Origin: Marsupella aquatica
Lineage: Eukaryota > Plantae > Marchantiophyta
Length of the DNA: 64,000 nucleotides
NCBI GenBank assembly: GCA_973895155.1
Contig: OZ316891.1
Coordinates: 14,973,037 to 15,037,036, forward strand
Reading direction: 5' to 3'
Every line of letters begins with the position of its first letter. Positions within the stretch are counted from its first letter, which is position 1. A program made the position numbers and the translations under genes. This document shows, one piece after another, positions 26,878-40,400 of this stretch. Under the pieces are notes generated by a model. It saw nothing but the letters and a program-made list of their open reading frames with translations. It ran no database searches and was not told the DNA's origin.

Positions 26878-29800
26878 TCACAAACAGGCGTAATACGATT
26901 CGCAATACAACTGATCTGAACCTTCGAATGAATCGTCTTCTCGCCATGACTCTGTTGCGTCATTTTCCGAAGGTCCTGGAAATTCAGAGTTTCTTGACGT
27001 GTCATTCTCTGTTCGTGCAACGCTCTCTGATACCTCCGAACCTCCAAAAAATGGAAGAGGTACAAATCCAAACCTGTCAAAGCAATCACAGCAAATAAAC
27101 TGAATATCAGTGTGGACGTGTATGGTATACCAGGCTGGTACTAGACTAGCCTGGTATAACTTCGCAGGCGTACACCAGGCTGACATATTTGTCTCCTCTA
27201 CCTGGCGTAATTCTATTCTTGCCTAATAAATGATCTTTCCATTAAAATGATAGACCTACTCCACAACCCCTCTATACCTATCAAAATACCAGGTAAGGTT
27301 CTCGTACTGGGAAAGTTTTGGGGGATCGTAGTGGCAGGTGCTCCTTGACATGATAGTACTTTTTATTTTAGTTTTCCAAATACTAAATTTTTAAAGACAG
27401 TAGTTTTCTAAAATTCAATCGCTTGTTTGATAGCTCACTGCTCTTCAGAGAATGTGACGTAATTCGTTCAGTTCATTGAATGATTATGTCCAGTTATCTA
27501 CCACCACCTATTCCATTATGCACATGATGTATTAGGCCATAATCTGTGACCATTTCTTTATTTTGCCCCTTTACTGCTCTCTGAATTTTGCGTCCCGTTT
27601 TCCAATTTAGCTGCCACACTTAACCACCCCCATAGCATTACCAGCTTGGTATAGCCCTGTACCTTTCAACAATGCTTAGTACTCTCACTATTCACCGCTC
27701 AGATACATTCCATTAAAAATGTCATTCTCAGATGGTTGCATTGCAGTAAGATTTTCTGTTATTACCCTGAGCTATGATTAGAAAAGTAGTCATTGTCGAG
27801 TGATACTGCCAATGCAAGAACCACTGCTCTTTCTGACAAGGTCAAAGGACGCACAACACCAAGTCCCTCAGCCTGCACCAGGACACAAATAAGCTCTTCA
27901 GGTGATAACTTGTCGAATGTCGAGCAGAAAAACACAATCAGGGCTCAGTCGACTATAATTTAAACCATTTTAGTTGACGCAAACTACTTTCTGAGCACTC
28001 CCCTCTTCCTATTGTAAATCTTCCAAGATAGACCAAAACAGAATTTGAAGAAATATCACCCAAACACCACTGACCATGACACGATAGGTACCTGTTGTGC
28101 AGCAGCTCGTAGCTGTTGCATCTCATTTAAGGCTGTTGGCGAACCTGAAAGAATTGGCCGACCTGGCAATCTCACATCCTCTAAGGATGGTTGAGGCTGA
28201 ACAGAATAGTTGGATGCATTATCTCCAAAGCGTACAACGTACTGACCAGCATCTGTAAGGAACTACACGACATCCGACATACCTGCCTTGTCAGCTTGAA
28301 TCAGTCAAAAGGATAGGAACACTTGAGCCCACTATAAATAAGCGTCAGTTGAAATAAGGAGGAATATCACGAAGAGATGCATTTGAAATTTTCAGAATTC
28401 GAATCAAGGCTCAAAACATCAATAAAATTGATGTGGTAAGCTGTACATCCATCGTCTTGAACCACACTTGTGAACTAGCTTGAGAGAACATGCTAAAACG
28501 ATGGTCTTTCACGTATGTCCCAAACCTCATCGTTGACAATCAACAGCCTCCATCTCCTCACAGGCATTTTAAGTCACTCAATGTCACAAACGTTTCTCTA
28601 TAAGGCCCATACACAAAGCAAACAAATGCTGCCAGAACAGATGAGTTGCATACCTCAAAGCCAAACCCTCTCCAGTTACGATCTATAACCGCTAAGACAC
28701 CCTGGTTCTCATCATGGAGGGTGAATGTCCAGTACCAAAAACCTGGGTTCTCCACTGCCCCAAATTGCTTCGTACTGTGCATGCCAATAAACCAATTTTC
28801 GCCTTTAGATAAATAAATACAGTTTTCATTCTAGCTGAGACTCAGGTTGATCAAACCAACTCTATGCTTCATAGCTTCCTCAAATTCTCAGGTCAGACCC
28901 ATGATTCCCTTGATCTGCCCTTGTCTGTTAACAAGTGGCCAGCTCATCGGTGACTAAGAACAAGTCAAACAGATGACAGAGACCAAAGTCTGGACAAGGT
29001 CCAATGAGTTACCCCAAATAACAATCGTAAACTCGTTTCCAAAGGTGCCATCTTCTATGTGCCTCACCAATCACCTGTCCCAAGAATCCAAAACCATGTG
29101 TCCATGAATTAGACAACTCAGCTACGTAGATCCAATAGATTTAATGATCAAATGTCTTAATAGACAAATAACCATGAGGGACAACAGCTATATCCTACAG
29201 ACTATTACATAGCATACCTTCCCATTTACTTCCACGAAGATTGTGCTGTTGATCAGCCAGATCGGCCTTCGAACCTGTGACACAGGTTGAATTTATGAGA
29301 AGTGTAGCAATGGATAGTCTCGTCCAAGATAACGCATACAAGAAATGCAATTCCCAAGCGAGGCATGAGTTACTTACACTACAGATCTCATTACCATATG
29401 CATCCAAAACAGAAGCTACAAATGGCCTCCTCCTGCGCAAGAACTGCAACAAAACGGTCTTCAGTATCCTGTTGTTGCGAGAGGTGACTCCATAGGAAGA
29501 ACCGGCTACAGCAGCTTTCTAACATGATACTGCTTCACGAACTCATCTGCTAAGGTGCAACCACTGAAGTGCAGGTATGCTCTTTGGAAATACCTGACGC
29601 ATGAGGATGTTGCTATCTTCAAGAATATATCCGACAGGCTGGGATCACAGTGCGGATGTCTTTAGTCAGCTTTGTCCAAGAGCGGCGAACAAATCAGAGC
29701 TTCACTGTATGAAACAATACATAAAGTCACCGACTATCGAACTGAGAACACAAAGGAGGAACTGCCTACAAACAACGAGGGCTAGTTTAATAAGACGCCG

Positions 29801-31910
29801 ACAATGAATACGGCGCATAGCTCTTACTCACAGCTTGAGGCTCCAGTGGATCCATTATCACATATTTGTTTTGCTGCAAGGCAATTTCATTGATCAAAGA
29901 TCAGCATGGTCAACCTGATAGCAATAGCAATTTGCAGCTAGGACATAGATTGCTTTGATGAAAAAAAGGTTCCGCAGTCCGGACTCTGAAGAATACTTTC
30001 GCCTCGGGTTTTAATGGACCATAACGATCTATTTAATCAAGCCGAAGTTTATAAGGTAAAAGAGAATCGACCTGCTCGAAGCCGAAAGCCAAGTTTGCCC
30101 ATTCAACATTACGTGTGATGATCAAGTCAGACCTTCCTAACACAGCTGCAAGAGCTTCCTGTACAATTCACAAACAAGGAAATTTTGAGTCTGTTCTAAT
30201 GCAACTGGGAACCACTAACATTACACTATGCAACTCAAATGTAATAGACGAAAATTCCTCATTGACATTTCAGACATTTCAGGAGAAAACGGATGATGAG
30301 GAACAGGAGAGGCGGCGATGGTTTAAGCACCGGAGAGACATTGCAAAACGTGAGAATAGAATGTTTAAGTTGGACTTGCTCTTTGGGCCTCTGATAGACA
30401 TAGATGTGAAAACTATTGGCTGGGCAACGTCCATCAGAAAGCAAACAACATTTACGACGTTCGAGCTCACCATCCGTCTAAGCAACCATCCCGGTCTGTC
30501 ATACAGGTTGCAATCTTGCAAACTTGCTTGAATTTCTAAGTGAAAAGGTGCACATTTGCTTTCTTAAATTGAGCTGTTGGTACACAAAGCTTTTTGGGTA
30601 CAAATCGTAACGATTCATTGACCAATACTCCTTCAAATAATTCAATACCCCTTCCGATAGCCTTACAAGGTTTACTCGTGCTTCTGTTTTGCTTCGAGTG
30701 ATATGGGTTCCAGAAGTTAAAACAGTTGGTACGATTAATGATTACCTCTTCTGAAGTGGCCGGAACCATATTGTCTCTTTCAGAATCCACGAAGGGAACG
30801 ACACGATCTTCCTTATCCTCTCGATGAACTGGACGAATCCTCTGTCTTGCTTGCCTCCGTTTCCTATCGGCCAATGCACGCTGCAGCAACCACTCATCTG
30901 TGTGCTGCTGCCTGATAGCTATTCCAGGTGTTCGGGTAGTTCCCGGTGCTGGGACACTTCCGTCCAGAACAACATCGGAAAGGGTAAATTTAGACATCCC
31001 CCACAGAGTTCTGAACTGTTGCATTGTCCCCCCAAAAAACCCATTTGCCGACTGGCCCGATCGCAAGAGATTATCACTTGAGTTGTAGTACGTCTGTGAA
31101 TCGCTTGTGCTGGCACCTTCTAGACCGTCTCGGACAAAAGATTTCCCTGCCTGCTGATGATGTGGACATGCTACTCCAACCTAAGGTAGCAACACAACAG
31201 GGATCACATGCCAAATGATGTAAGAAAAGGAGCTACAAGTGAATCTTATCTGACAGGAAACGCACAATTTCCGCCTACCAAACAATTTGTACCTACCAAA
31301 CACCTACAGTCAATTCTTCTATTCGGAAGTTCTCTAAAAGACGAGGACGCTCGCAAAGCGCCCTACAGTAACTGAAATTTACTCTCTGAAATTGCTCCAC
31401 ACATTTTCTTGGAAGCAAGAATTCTCAAATTCGTCCTACAACGACTATCGTCAACGTATAGCAAGAAATAGATTGCTGTTTTTCCTGACACAGAAACATG
31501 TCCCAGCACATGACCATTAAACAATACAGAAGCTGCAAGAGCTTCTTCAAAACGTAATTAAGTAGCGAAATTGTACAGTGTAGCTAAAGCTAGGAGTTCA
31601 AACTATGACTCCGCCAAGAAGTAAAAAAGTACACTACGCCCAGTCTTTAATGGAATAGAAAACGCTCAAACCTCGAACAATTCTCCCCGCCTTCAGGCAT
31701 GGAAGATAGCAATCGAACTATTGTCAATCACTCACAGTCGTCTTCTGTGAATTCATCTCAACCAGTCAGACTCAATCAGGGTGGTTTTACTTTTTGGACT
31801 TTCATGGACTCCTCATGCGAGGAAATGAGATGAGATGGATCGCAGCTCGTACATACCCAAGAGCGAGACAAGCGAGATCGCAGACGCGCTACGACAAGGC
31901 GGACAGCCAT
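26878..31910 (-). CDS. Phospholipid scramblase family protein (AIM25-like), likely mitochondrial, 12 exons
   Basis: Exons approx. 31910-31857 (MAVRLVVARLRSRLSRSW), 31180-30746, 30158-30072 (DLIITRNVEWANLAFGFEQ), 29873-29832, 29638-29594, 29443-29378 (RRRRPFVA), 29274-29218, 29074-29013 (HRRWHLWKRVYD), 28774-28654 (ENPGFWYWTFTL, IDRNWRGFGFE), 28262-28092 (TDAGQYVVRFG), 27872-27766 (LSERAVVLALAVSLDNDYFS) and 27073-26878. The first and last exons are less certain. Confidence 0.9.
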
Positions 31911-32145
31911 GAGCAGATATTGTAGTGCATGCCAAAATGTGTCTAGTGGACAACTACAGTTGCTTCGATATCATCCTCCTCCTTCTCCTTCTGGCTTTCT
32001 TCTGCTGATGCCGTTTCGTGTGCCTGATCTTCACCCGCTTGACGTGCAGTTTCTGTCCCTCGTCTCTAGACGAAGTGAACCTCTCTCTCTCTATCACAGT
32101 TCGTTCCGATTCTCCCACTCATGCTTTCTGCAGCTCTTGAAGAAG

Positions 32146-32148
<3 letters not shown>

Positions 32149-32178
<30 letters not shown>
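32149..32178. repeat. (CT)n/(GA)n microsatellite upstream of the scramblase ATG
   Basis: About 15 uninterrupted CT units; possible GAGA element. Confidence 0.9.
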
Positions 32179-32181
<3 letters not shown>

Positions 32182-32329
32182 CTGCTTCGTGAGGGCTCTC
32201 AAAGAAGAGAATTTCCCTCTCGCTCTCTGTTCATTTGCGATTCTCCCTGTTATGCTTTCCTGTGAGAAACTACCCCCTGAGTAGATACTATGTTTAGCTG
32301 GCCAGATGCCCTTGGGTTGCACTACAGAT

Positions 32330-32560
32330 TTGGAGGCGAGGCAACAGTTTTGATGAGAGGCAAGGATGTAAAGGCCTGCCCAAGATGTCAAGGCAAGGGA
32401 AAAATGTCAAGGCAAGGGAAAAATGTCAAGGCAAGGGCAAGAAGTCAAGGCAAGGGAAAGTGTTGAGGAGAGGCAACTATGTCGAGGCAAGGGCAAGATG
32501 TGAAAGTGAATAAAAGATGTGGAGGCGAGGGCAAGGATGTCGAGGCAAGGGCAAGATGCC
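32330..32560. repeat. Degenerate ~19-bp minisatellite (GATGTC[A/G]AGGCAAGGG)
   Basis: Repeated AAATGTCAAGGCAAGGG and GATGTCGAGGCAAGGGCAA subunits. Confidence 0.8.
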
Positions 32561-34744
32561 GTCTTGTGAAATGCGAATATCATTACGTAAAAGATGTTGT
32601 TGTGCAAAAGATGTCATGAAGTAAGTCATTCAAGAAAAGAAGTGTTGTGGAGGTCAGGTGAACTTTTGAGCCATGTGTCCATGCATTGCACAATTGTTGT
32701 TGTGATTGGTTTGTGCTTGTGGCCAGGTTGTCAGTGCTGCTATTTGTGGTTTTGATAGCAATTGTCATGTGAACTGGGTTATCATTGCGTCCGTGTAATT
32801 GTTGCAAACGTGTTGTCATTCCAATTGTCAGTATCATTTGTGCAATCATGTTACTGTTACAAAAGTGTTGTTTGGGTGCATGGTTGTTGGTTCGGCAATG
32901 AATGTTGTCAATTTAGTTGATGCCATTGTTATGAAAGTGATATTGTTGAGGAGGGCGGGTGGATGCAAGATGGGTAAGGACGTTTCGGGCAGTGTGGGGT
33001 CCAGGTGAGGTTGCGGGATGTTGTATGGACAGAGAACAGTTTACTTTCTTTTGCCTGTTTTCCCCTCGCCCATGCTCTCCATGTCTTCCTCCTATTGATC
33101 TCCCTCCCTTGCCCTCCCCATGCCTCATCCCTAGCCTTACCCTCCTCCTCTTTCTTCCCTTCAACACCATTAATAAGAGAAAAAAACTAGGAAGAGAAGA
33201 CAAAATTTAACATCCAAAAAATGAAACCCTCTCTCAAGAGAAAAAGCCAAATTAAAAACCTTTCTCGTGTCAATCTGTTGCCCCTCGACTTGTTCCCTTC
33301 CAAAAACTCTAGCCAATTTATTTCCACTTTAATGCTCTATGTCAAAAAGTACTTCAAGGCGGCTATAAAATAGCTGGCACCATCACTTACTCTAGCACTT
33401 GTATTATCCCTTGCACTCTACCTTAAAAACAAATCTTGGGTACCCATTTTAGTCATCCAAGAGTCTTACATAACCCTGGACAACATCTCATGGCCCTGTA
33501 TTGTTCCCTCCTTTTTCAATTTTGTAAATGGACAATAAATGGATTTCGCAGGATCCCTCATTGTATTGGTAGATAGCTCAATACCCCACTCAATGCCCGT
33601 GCATTGCATAAAAGTTGTATCATTGAAAAAATAATGGTTGCATGTTATTCTGCAAAAGATGTCACTCAATGAGGAAAAGATGTAGTTCTACAAAAGTTAT
33701 CGTTGTGAAGAAGAAAATAACCACCTAAATTGGGTGCAAAGTACTATCAATGTGGAATGTTTAGCTAGGTTGACACATTAGATTATGGGCAAAAAAATGT
33801 CTTTTGTGAATGGGTTGCAAAGAAAATTAATACAGGGGAAGGCATAGAAATATATTGGAGAAAGAAGGCAACTCCATGCAAACAAAGAATATGATGGGTG
33901 ATGACAATAAAATAAAAATGGAGACAAAGGTAAGTAAAGTTTAAATGAGAGCAAAAAAAGCATTGTGCTGCAAGGTTGAATCACCTTGCTACAACTATTT
34001 GCATGCACGGGCCACACCTCATAAAAGAAATGTCAACCTCACCTCCAAGAAAGAGGAGAGGTGAGAGGGGAGGGGAGGGGCGGGAGAGGATCACTTTGGC
34101 CCATGACTTTGATAGGAAACCTGAAAGAAAAAGGAAAAAACAGCAGTGCCCCACCCTTCCAACAAAAAGGGTTGGGAAATATAGTGAGCAAGAACTGAAC
34201 AAAAAAATAGGTGTAATTAGGAAAATCAAATTTCACCTTTTTCTTTACATCAGAACCCTCCCAACCACTTTTCATATGCATGATTCCATCACAACATCCC
34301 AATTTCAGTTCACCCTGTCACTCACATGCCTGGCAAGCAAACATCAATTCTTAAATGCATTGGGCTTGATTATTGGCTTCGCACATGCAAATCTTCTCCC
34401 AAGGCCTTTCTTCCTCCCTTTTGCTAGATCTAATGGTTCAGAATTTTTTGATTTAAATCCTATGGCTATAATCAGTTCCCCCTTTTCCATTTTCATAAAC
34501 GGACAACGAAAATGGAAAGGCGAGATAGCATATAATTATAGTTGTAGATTACTTTCAAATGCAAGCAGAAGGGCCAAGCGTGGTATAGTGTTGTTCATAG
34601 TAGAATGGAAGAGTTCTCGAGTATATAAGTGAGACAGTGTTGTCGAAGGGAAGAATTGTTGAGTGTTGACCATGACTCTAACCGAGGGCATAACTGAATG
34701 TGAGGGTGCAGACCAGCCCATTATTTTTTATTGGCAACTTTTTG

Positions 34745-35010
34745 CTGCCTAGATTCCACCTCCCCCAAAAGTCTTTGCCACTTTTGACAAAAATTGCTAG
34801 TTTTTCTATGTCTCATTTGCCACCTAGTCACAGGCCCCATTAGCCAGAATCTAACAGTCATGCTTAAATCTAGGGAGATCTAAAGGTCAGGAAATAATTG
34901 GGGAATGTCACAAAAAAATGTTCCTAACACCTTCTCCTTCACACACCTGACATTGGCCACTCTGGCTGTTAAAAAAAAACCTTAAAGATTACATTGCTAC
35001 AAATCCCCCA
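34745..35010 (+). repeat. Dispersed repeat, copy 1 (probable old transposon fragment)
   Basis: Collinear with 42135-42400. Shared anchors are CTAGATTCCACCTC, CCCCATTAGC.AGAAT, CTTAAA.CTAGGGAGATC and CTTCTCCTTC. Confidence 0.7.
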
Positions 35011-36149
35011 AAAAGGATGGGGCAAAGATGAACAACAAACAGCATGGAATCATTTTTTCTGCCAGGTAAATGAAATGGCCAGACAGTTGAGTACGAAGAA
35101 ATTGGATTTGTGCAAGCTGGAAGGAATGATAGGGTGGGTGTGGAAAAAGTGCACAACATGATCTTTAGGCCCATCTCATAGTTAAGTTAGTATAGTGTAT
35201 TTTCAATATAGAGCAGCAAGTCCAATGCCAAAGTGTGGCAGGGTATTGTTGATGGTAAGTGATGTTGAATCAAAGGGCGTAAGTGAGATGGTTAGGCAGT
35301 CGGACAGTGCATGGCAAGTAAGCCCAACAACTGGATTTCAAGGAGTGTGCAAACTGCAACCAGAGTGATATATGAGCTAGTTGAGCATGGAGAAGGTACA
35401 CAAAGGCACATTTAGGACCATCAAACAACCAGTGAGTCTTCCGGCCAGAAGGACATTTTTTAAAGAGACAATGAGAAACAAAGATAGAGATTGCATATTG
35501 TAGTATTTAGATGTAGTATTCAAATGTCATAAATAATTGCAGTTGTAGCTCAGATGGACCTCCAAGTTTTTGAAAGTGCTTGGATAGACTTTTGCAACTC
35601 GGATGGACTCTTAAAACCCTCTTATCCACTCGTATAGTACATGATACATGGGTGAGAGAAATGTGGCAAGAAAGAAAGACAGTCATCTTTAGAAATTTAT
35701 AGGTTATCAATTCTGAATGAAATTTGACCATGTAAGATTTTGCTAAACCCTAGCCAAGGCCTGCCACATCCCATCGCAGCTACCGTGCCTCTCACTATGT
35801 GAGCACAATATTTGTGCTCACTCCCTCCATGAATTGACCACTCCTCCAAGCAACCTTTGTGAGCTACAGCAGCAGAGGGGTTTGGGAGTGTTGGCAAGGG
35901 ACAAAGAAACCGGAGAGAACAGCTGCAAAGGGGGGGGGGGGGAGGGGCACAGCAGTAATTACAAAGGGGGTGATGAAATTGTAATGAAGAGGGGCAAGCA
36001 AGGTCCATGGCAAGTCAAATTGAGGCATAAGAAGGCCTGGCCTAACCACATTTAAGATGGCCATTGCATATTAGGCCACAAACCAATGGTAGATTGCCCT
36101 GGGTGGTTTACGCAATCCACATACTGCCGTGGGTAGAATATGTAATCCA

Positions 36150-36310
36150 CATACAATATAGGATACATTGATAATTAAAATAGTTTGGGCGGAAAGGTTA
36201 GTACTAATTAGAGTCATTTTGTGAGCTGTGGAAGCATAGCATACAATATAGGGGTGTATTGATAATTAAAATAGTTTTGGGGGACAGGTTAGTACTAATT
36301 AGAGTCAATT
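36150..36310. repeat. Imperfect direct duplication, period 90 bp
   Basis: CATACAATATAGG...ATTGATAATTAAAATAGTTT...GGTTAGTACTAATTAGAGTCA occurs twice. Confidence 0.85.
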
Positions 36311-37487
36311 TTAAGGGTTATAGGAGTAAAACATGGCAGATTTGTGTGAGGTGGTATGGATTTAGATATATGTATATTACACAGGATTTTCTATGGTTTG
36401 TATGGGAATGTCTGATATGGACTTCTCCAATTTGACGAGCACATTTGTTCAAAATGAGCTTAATTGAAGAGGCGAGATTGCAATTATTCTTTAATGCCAC
36501 GAATTCCATCCTTGTATTACTGAGCCGATTAAGCACAAGATGGGGTATGAACGGGAGGGTGGCCCTCTCAGCACTAGTGTAGTGAGCCTTCTAGGAAGTT
36601 TCAAATCTATTGTCACACCGGTAAAGTAACCCTGGTTGGCCATATGTAAGTAACTGAAATAGGGCAAATGCAAGATGCACAAAAGATTTACTAAGTCAAC
36701 AAGGTTTAATCATATAGGTGGGTTCGATTTGTTTGAGCCTCCTAGACACCCTGGATTTAATTTTAACCACCCTTCAGACCACTCCATTTCATCCAGGTTC
36801 ACCTGGGCTGCCAAGAAACGGCATGTACCGACATCACTCCTAGTGCTCCTGTTTCAAAGCAACTGCTGTAAATGTGTGATTCAGTTCTTCATTGGGATGT
36901 GTGTAGAATCTCCCCTACTCTGATTTGTACTCTGGAGGACGCATCCTTTGTGTTGAGTATTTCACTCATGAAAATGAACATATTGGCCCTACGTTCTGGC
37001 CTTGCCTTATTGGCAATGTCCCAAGCTACGTTTCTATTTCAACTTGTCGTCACGGGATAACAGGACCCATACAAAGAAACACGTCTACAAAGTAAACTTA
37101 GTACACTTGGAGGAAATGCACGATCAGAAACAAGAGGGGCACAATCATGCAACAGGATAGCAACGAGCCTATCAAAGGAGGAGCAGAGACGCTGTGGTCA
37201 TCTTTGTAAGGAGTTAATGCTGAGAACCAACCCCCACAGGGACAACGCACAGGCAGGTTTGTCCTCCAGTGGCTTCCACGCAAGAAGGGATTCTTGATGG
37301 CAGCATGCTTACATGCCGATGGGTGCAAGACAAGCAAACGACCCTAATGAGTATAATTTCCTCACAGTAGACATTGAACGGTTAGCGTGTGAGTTTTAAT
37401 TGCACCTGAGATCCTATCTCTGAAGTGGAGATACTTGCAATCCAAAATGACGCCGGTGTGAACCTTCAATGTGATTTCATTCAAATT

Positions 37488-40400
37488 TTAATAAAGAATC
37501 CTTCGCACATATATATCGAGTGTCTCAATAATCTTTCGAATTATAATTTTCCGATCCATTCGATACCTGTTATACCAAGATAATCTCATTAGTGAAGACG
37601 CCCAGTAAACGAGGACTATAAGAACCCAGAGAATAACTGAAGTAGACCCTGGAGGCTACTGCAGACTTAATACTACTACAATCTCACGAGAAACAAGGAC
37701 AAATAAAATTCAGAAGGTACTCAAGATGGAAGCTTACTTGACAGCTGCTTGCAACCTTGGGTCTGTACAAGAATCTGCAGCAAGAGCATCCAGTCAAAAA
37801 TCGTTCACGGCTACTTATTTCTTAATTTGTACCAAACAAGCTCGGCAGAAACATTGTGATATTTAAACTCGAGGACTGTTGTACCATAAATGAAACGGTC
37901 TTCATCCAAGGTCGTGGGAAACGTCTGCAGCATCTGGTTACACTCATGTTTCAAATCCCTGGCAGCTTTGATCTCCTGACTGGGAAGAAACGGCAAGTCT
38001 TCATCACTCCATGTTGGCAACGTACGTGCAGCCGCTAACACTGCCCCATCCACGCTTCCGTCTTCATCCTCATCGGGTCCTGGATAACAGACCATGTCGA
38101 AATAAAAATAAAGCCTTGCATTACTTTCCACACGAACCTGATTTATAACACAACTACATCTAGGTTACAGTGAATTCCCAGAAGCCTGCTAGACTAACCA
38201 GGCCGATATCATTCGCAAGTATTTCTCGTTAGGCTTAAAATGTGTATGCCAAATGGAATATCGCAAACCTTCTAATGCAGGGGGTAGTTCACTGATACCA
38301 CTTGAGAGCTTTAACTGACCACTCTGGCAGAATTCTAACATGAACTAGCTACTCCTTGGATAGATGAAGATGCGGCCGTTAATAAACTATAAGTAGGGCA
38401 TCTAGCGCTGAGGAAGAAAGTACCAGTGTAGAAGATGTCATTAGTCATGCCAGAGAGATTGAAAGCTGACAAAAAAGATTCTCGATGAATCTTTGCATTC
38501 CCGGAGAAATTAACCACTTCAAAGGGGTTCTGTCAGGTCCACAAAAGATATTTAATATAGTGAATTGGCTAGATTTTCTCATACATTTGATATTCACTCT
38601 TCAATTCTTCTCTGCATATGCCAAAAGACATGTACGTATCCACCAGGACAAGAATCCATAAAGCGGATGAAGATGTGTAGCAAATGATTCGTTACAAATA
38701 CACATTACATCTTCTTGCACCTGTAAAGTATCACTCTCTTAGAACAAACTAGCGTGATTCACTCTTCGGTCGTATTAATTAAAAAACAGGCACGTCTCAA
38801 CTGACGAGAAAACTTATTCAGCGAACCAAAATAAAAGTCACACCTTTGACGATGAAAACCCATAATATTGCATGAATATTTCACTAGGCTTTGAGTGACC
38901 ATAGTTCAGTGTCATCTGCATAACCAAACAATTTCGGTAAAGAGCAAATTCAAAGTGGTGATGGGCAACCTGATCAAAGGGTAGTTCTTGTAGTGTCCCA
39001 TTGGATGAAGACAGACAGACATAAGCCGGCAATCAAAAATATGTACATAAAACACTATAGCTTGAACTCTTGATATTGTCCAATGCTCTTTCAGCGGAAA
39101 AGTCCATCCAAGAGTTTGAAGCTTGAGGACAAAACAATGACAAACCTCGTCTCCTTGCCTAACAGTTTGACCGGGATTCATGACCACCTCTAGCATGCGG
39201 TCCTTCTTCCGCCATCGGTATGAGCAAGTAGCCTGATAAGAATGATTTAACATATCTGAACGCCAAATATAAGTCAAAGCGTTACCTAAATTGTGAAACA
39301 GAGGGTTCAATCGAAGAGTTAAATGCTGTGATAAAATTGTTAAGGTCCTAATTACTTGAGAGCATAAGTAGAAACACATTTGGCTCCATAGACAAAACAG
39401 TTTGGTCTGTAGTCTGAAGAAACTTTACTTCCCCTAGACTTCCCCGTTAACCATACAAATGGTAAACCCTAGCTCCAATGGAGTCCCGAAGATCACACTT
39501 GCGATAAAATTGAGGACAACAAATGTCAATCATGCCCTGACAACAGAAGGATAGCCCGGATTGTAAATATCTAGCATGAGCGTTCATCAGCACACTCACC
39601 TGCATATGGGATGAGCATGTGAGCATCTTGGACCTTTGACCCAATAGTCATCGCCATTGAAAACCTTCTAGACCAAACCACTCCAAGTGCCCAGAGAAAA
39701 TGAGATGGATCCTTTGCCAGTCTCTTGAGCTTCAAAACAATGTCTCCTGTCTGCATGGTATAATAATTCAAATTTTGGGAATTCAAAAATGGAATGAAAC
39801 TGGAATGGGAATCATTTTCTGCGCAAGCAACAGGTAACGAAATGGATTCTTGGCTGCTTGCGTAAGAGCCATCTTGTACGATTATCAAAAACCGTTTGTT
39901 ACAGTCCAGACTATGATTATCACTGGACATCCCAAGCAGAACATAGATCAAGCCCTCATGATTGAGCACATTGATAATCAAGTCCAAATGACTGATCGTA
40001 TTCATGATAACGCTTACGTACCCAATTCTGTTTCCAGAAATCCAGAGCACGCTTCTTTTGAAATACAATAACTTCTTCCAACTCTCTGTCGTGTAGCTCG
40101 TGCAAGATATCCTGAAATTGTAGAGGAGACCAATTCAGATGAAGTTCCCAAAATGGGATTTCTTTCATAAAAATGCTCGCAAAGGTTTGGGCGTGAAAAA
40201 CTTAAACAGACAATTGAGAGAAAAAGAGGACGTACAAGAGGCACCTGGTCAACCTTGAAATAACTTCTCTATCAGGTACAGCTAAGAGGTAGGGTGCCCA
40301 ATATACCTCGTTGGCAAAAAGAGGGCTCGTCATCTCTTCAGTTCCGGGTAGATATTCACTATAAACTTGCCAAAAATTGTCTTTCTGGTCGAGAGCCAAT

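Noticed and set aside
33976-34632. 218-aa ORF
   Set aside because: Non-ATG start, low-complexity composition within repeat debris, and no recognisable domain.
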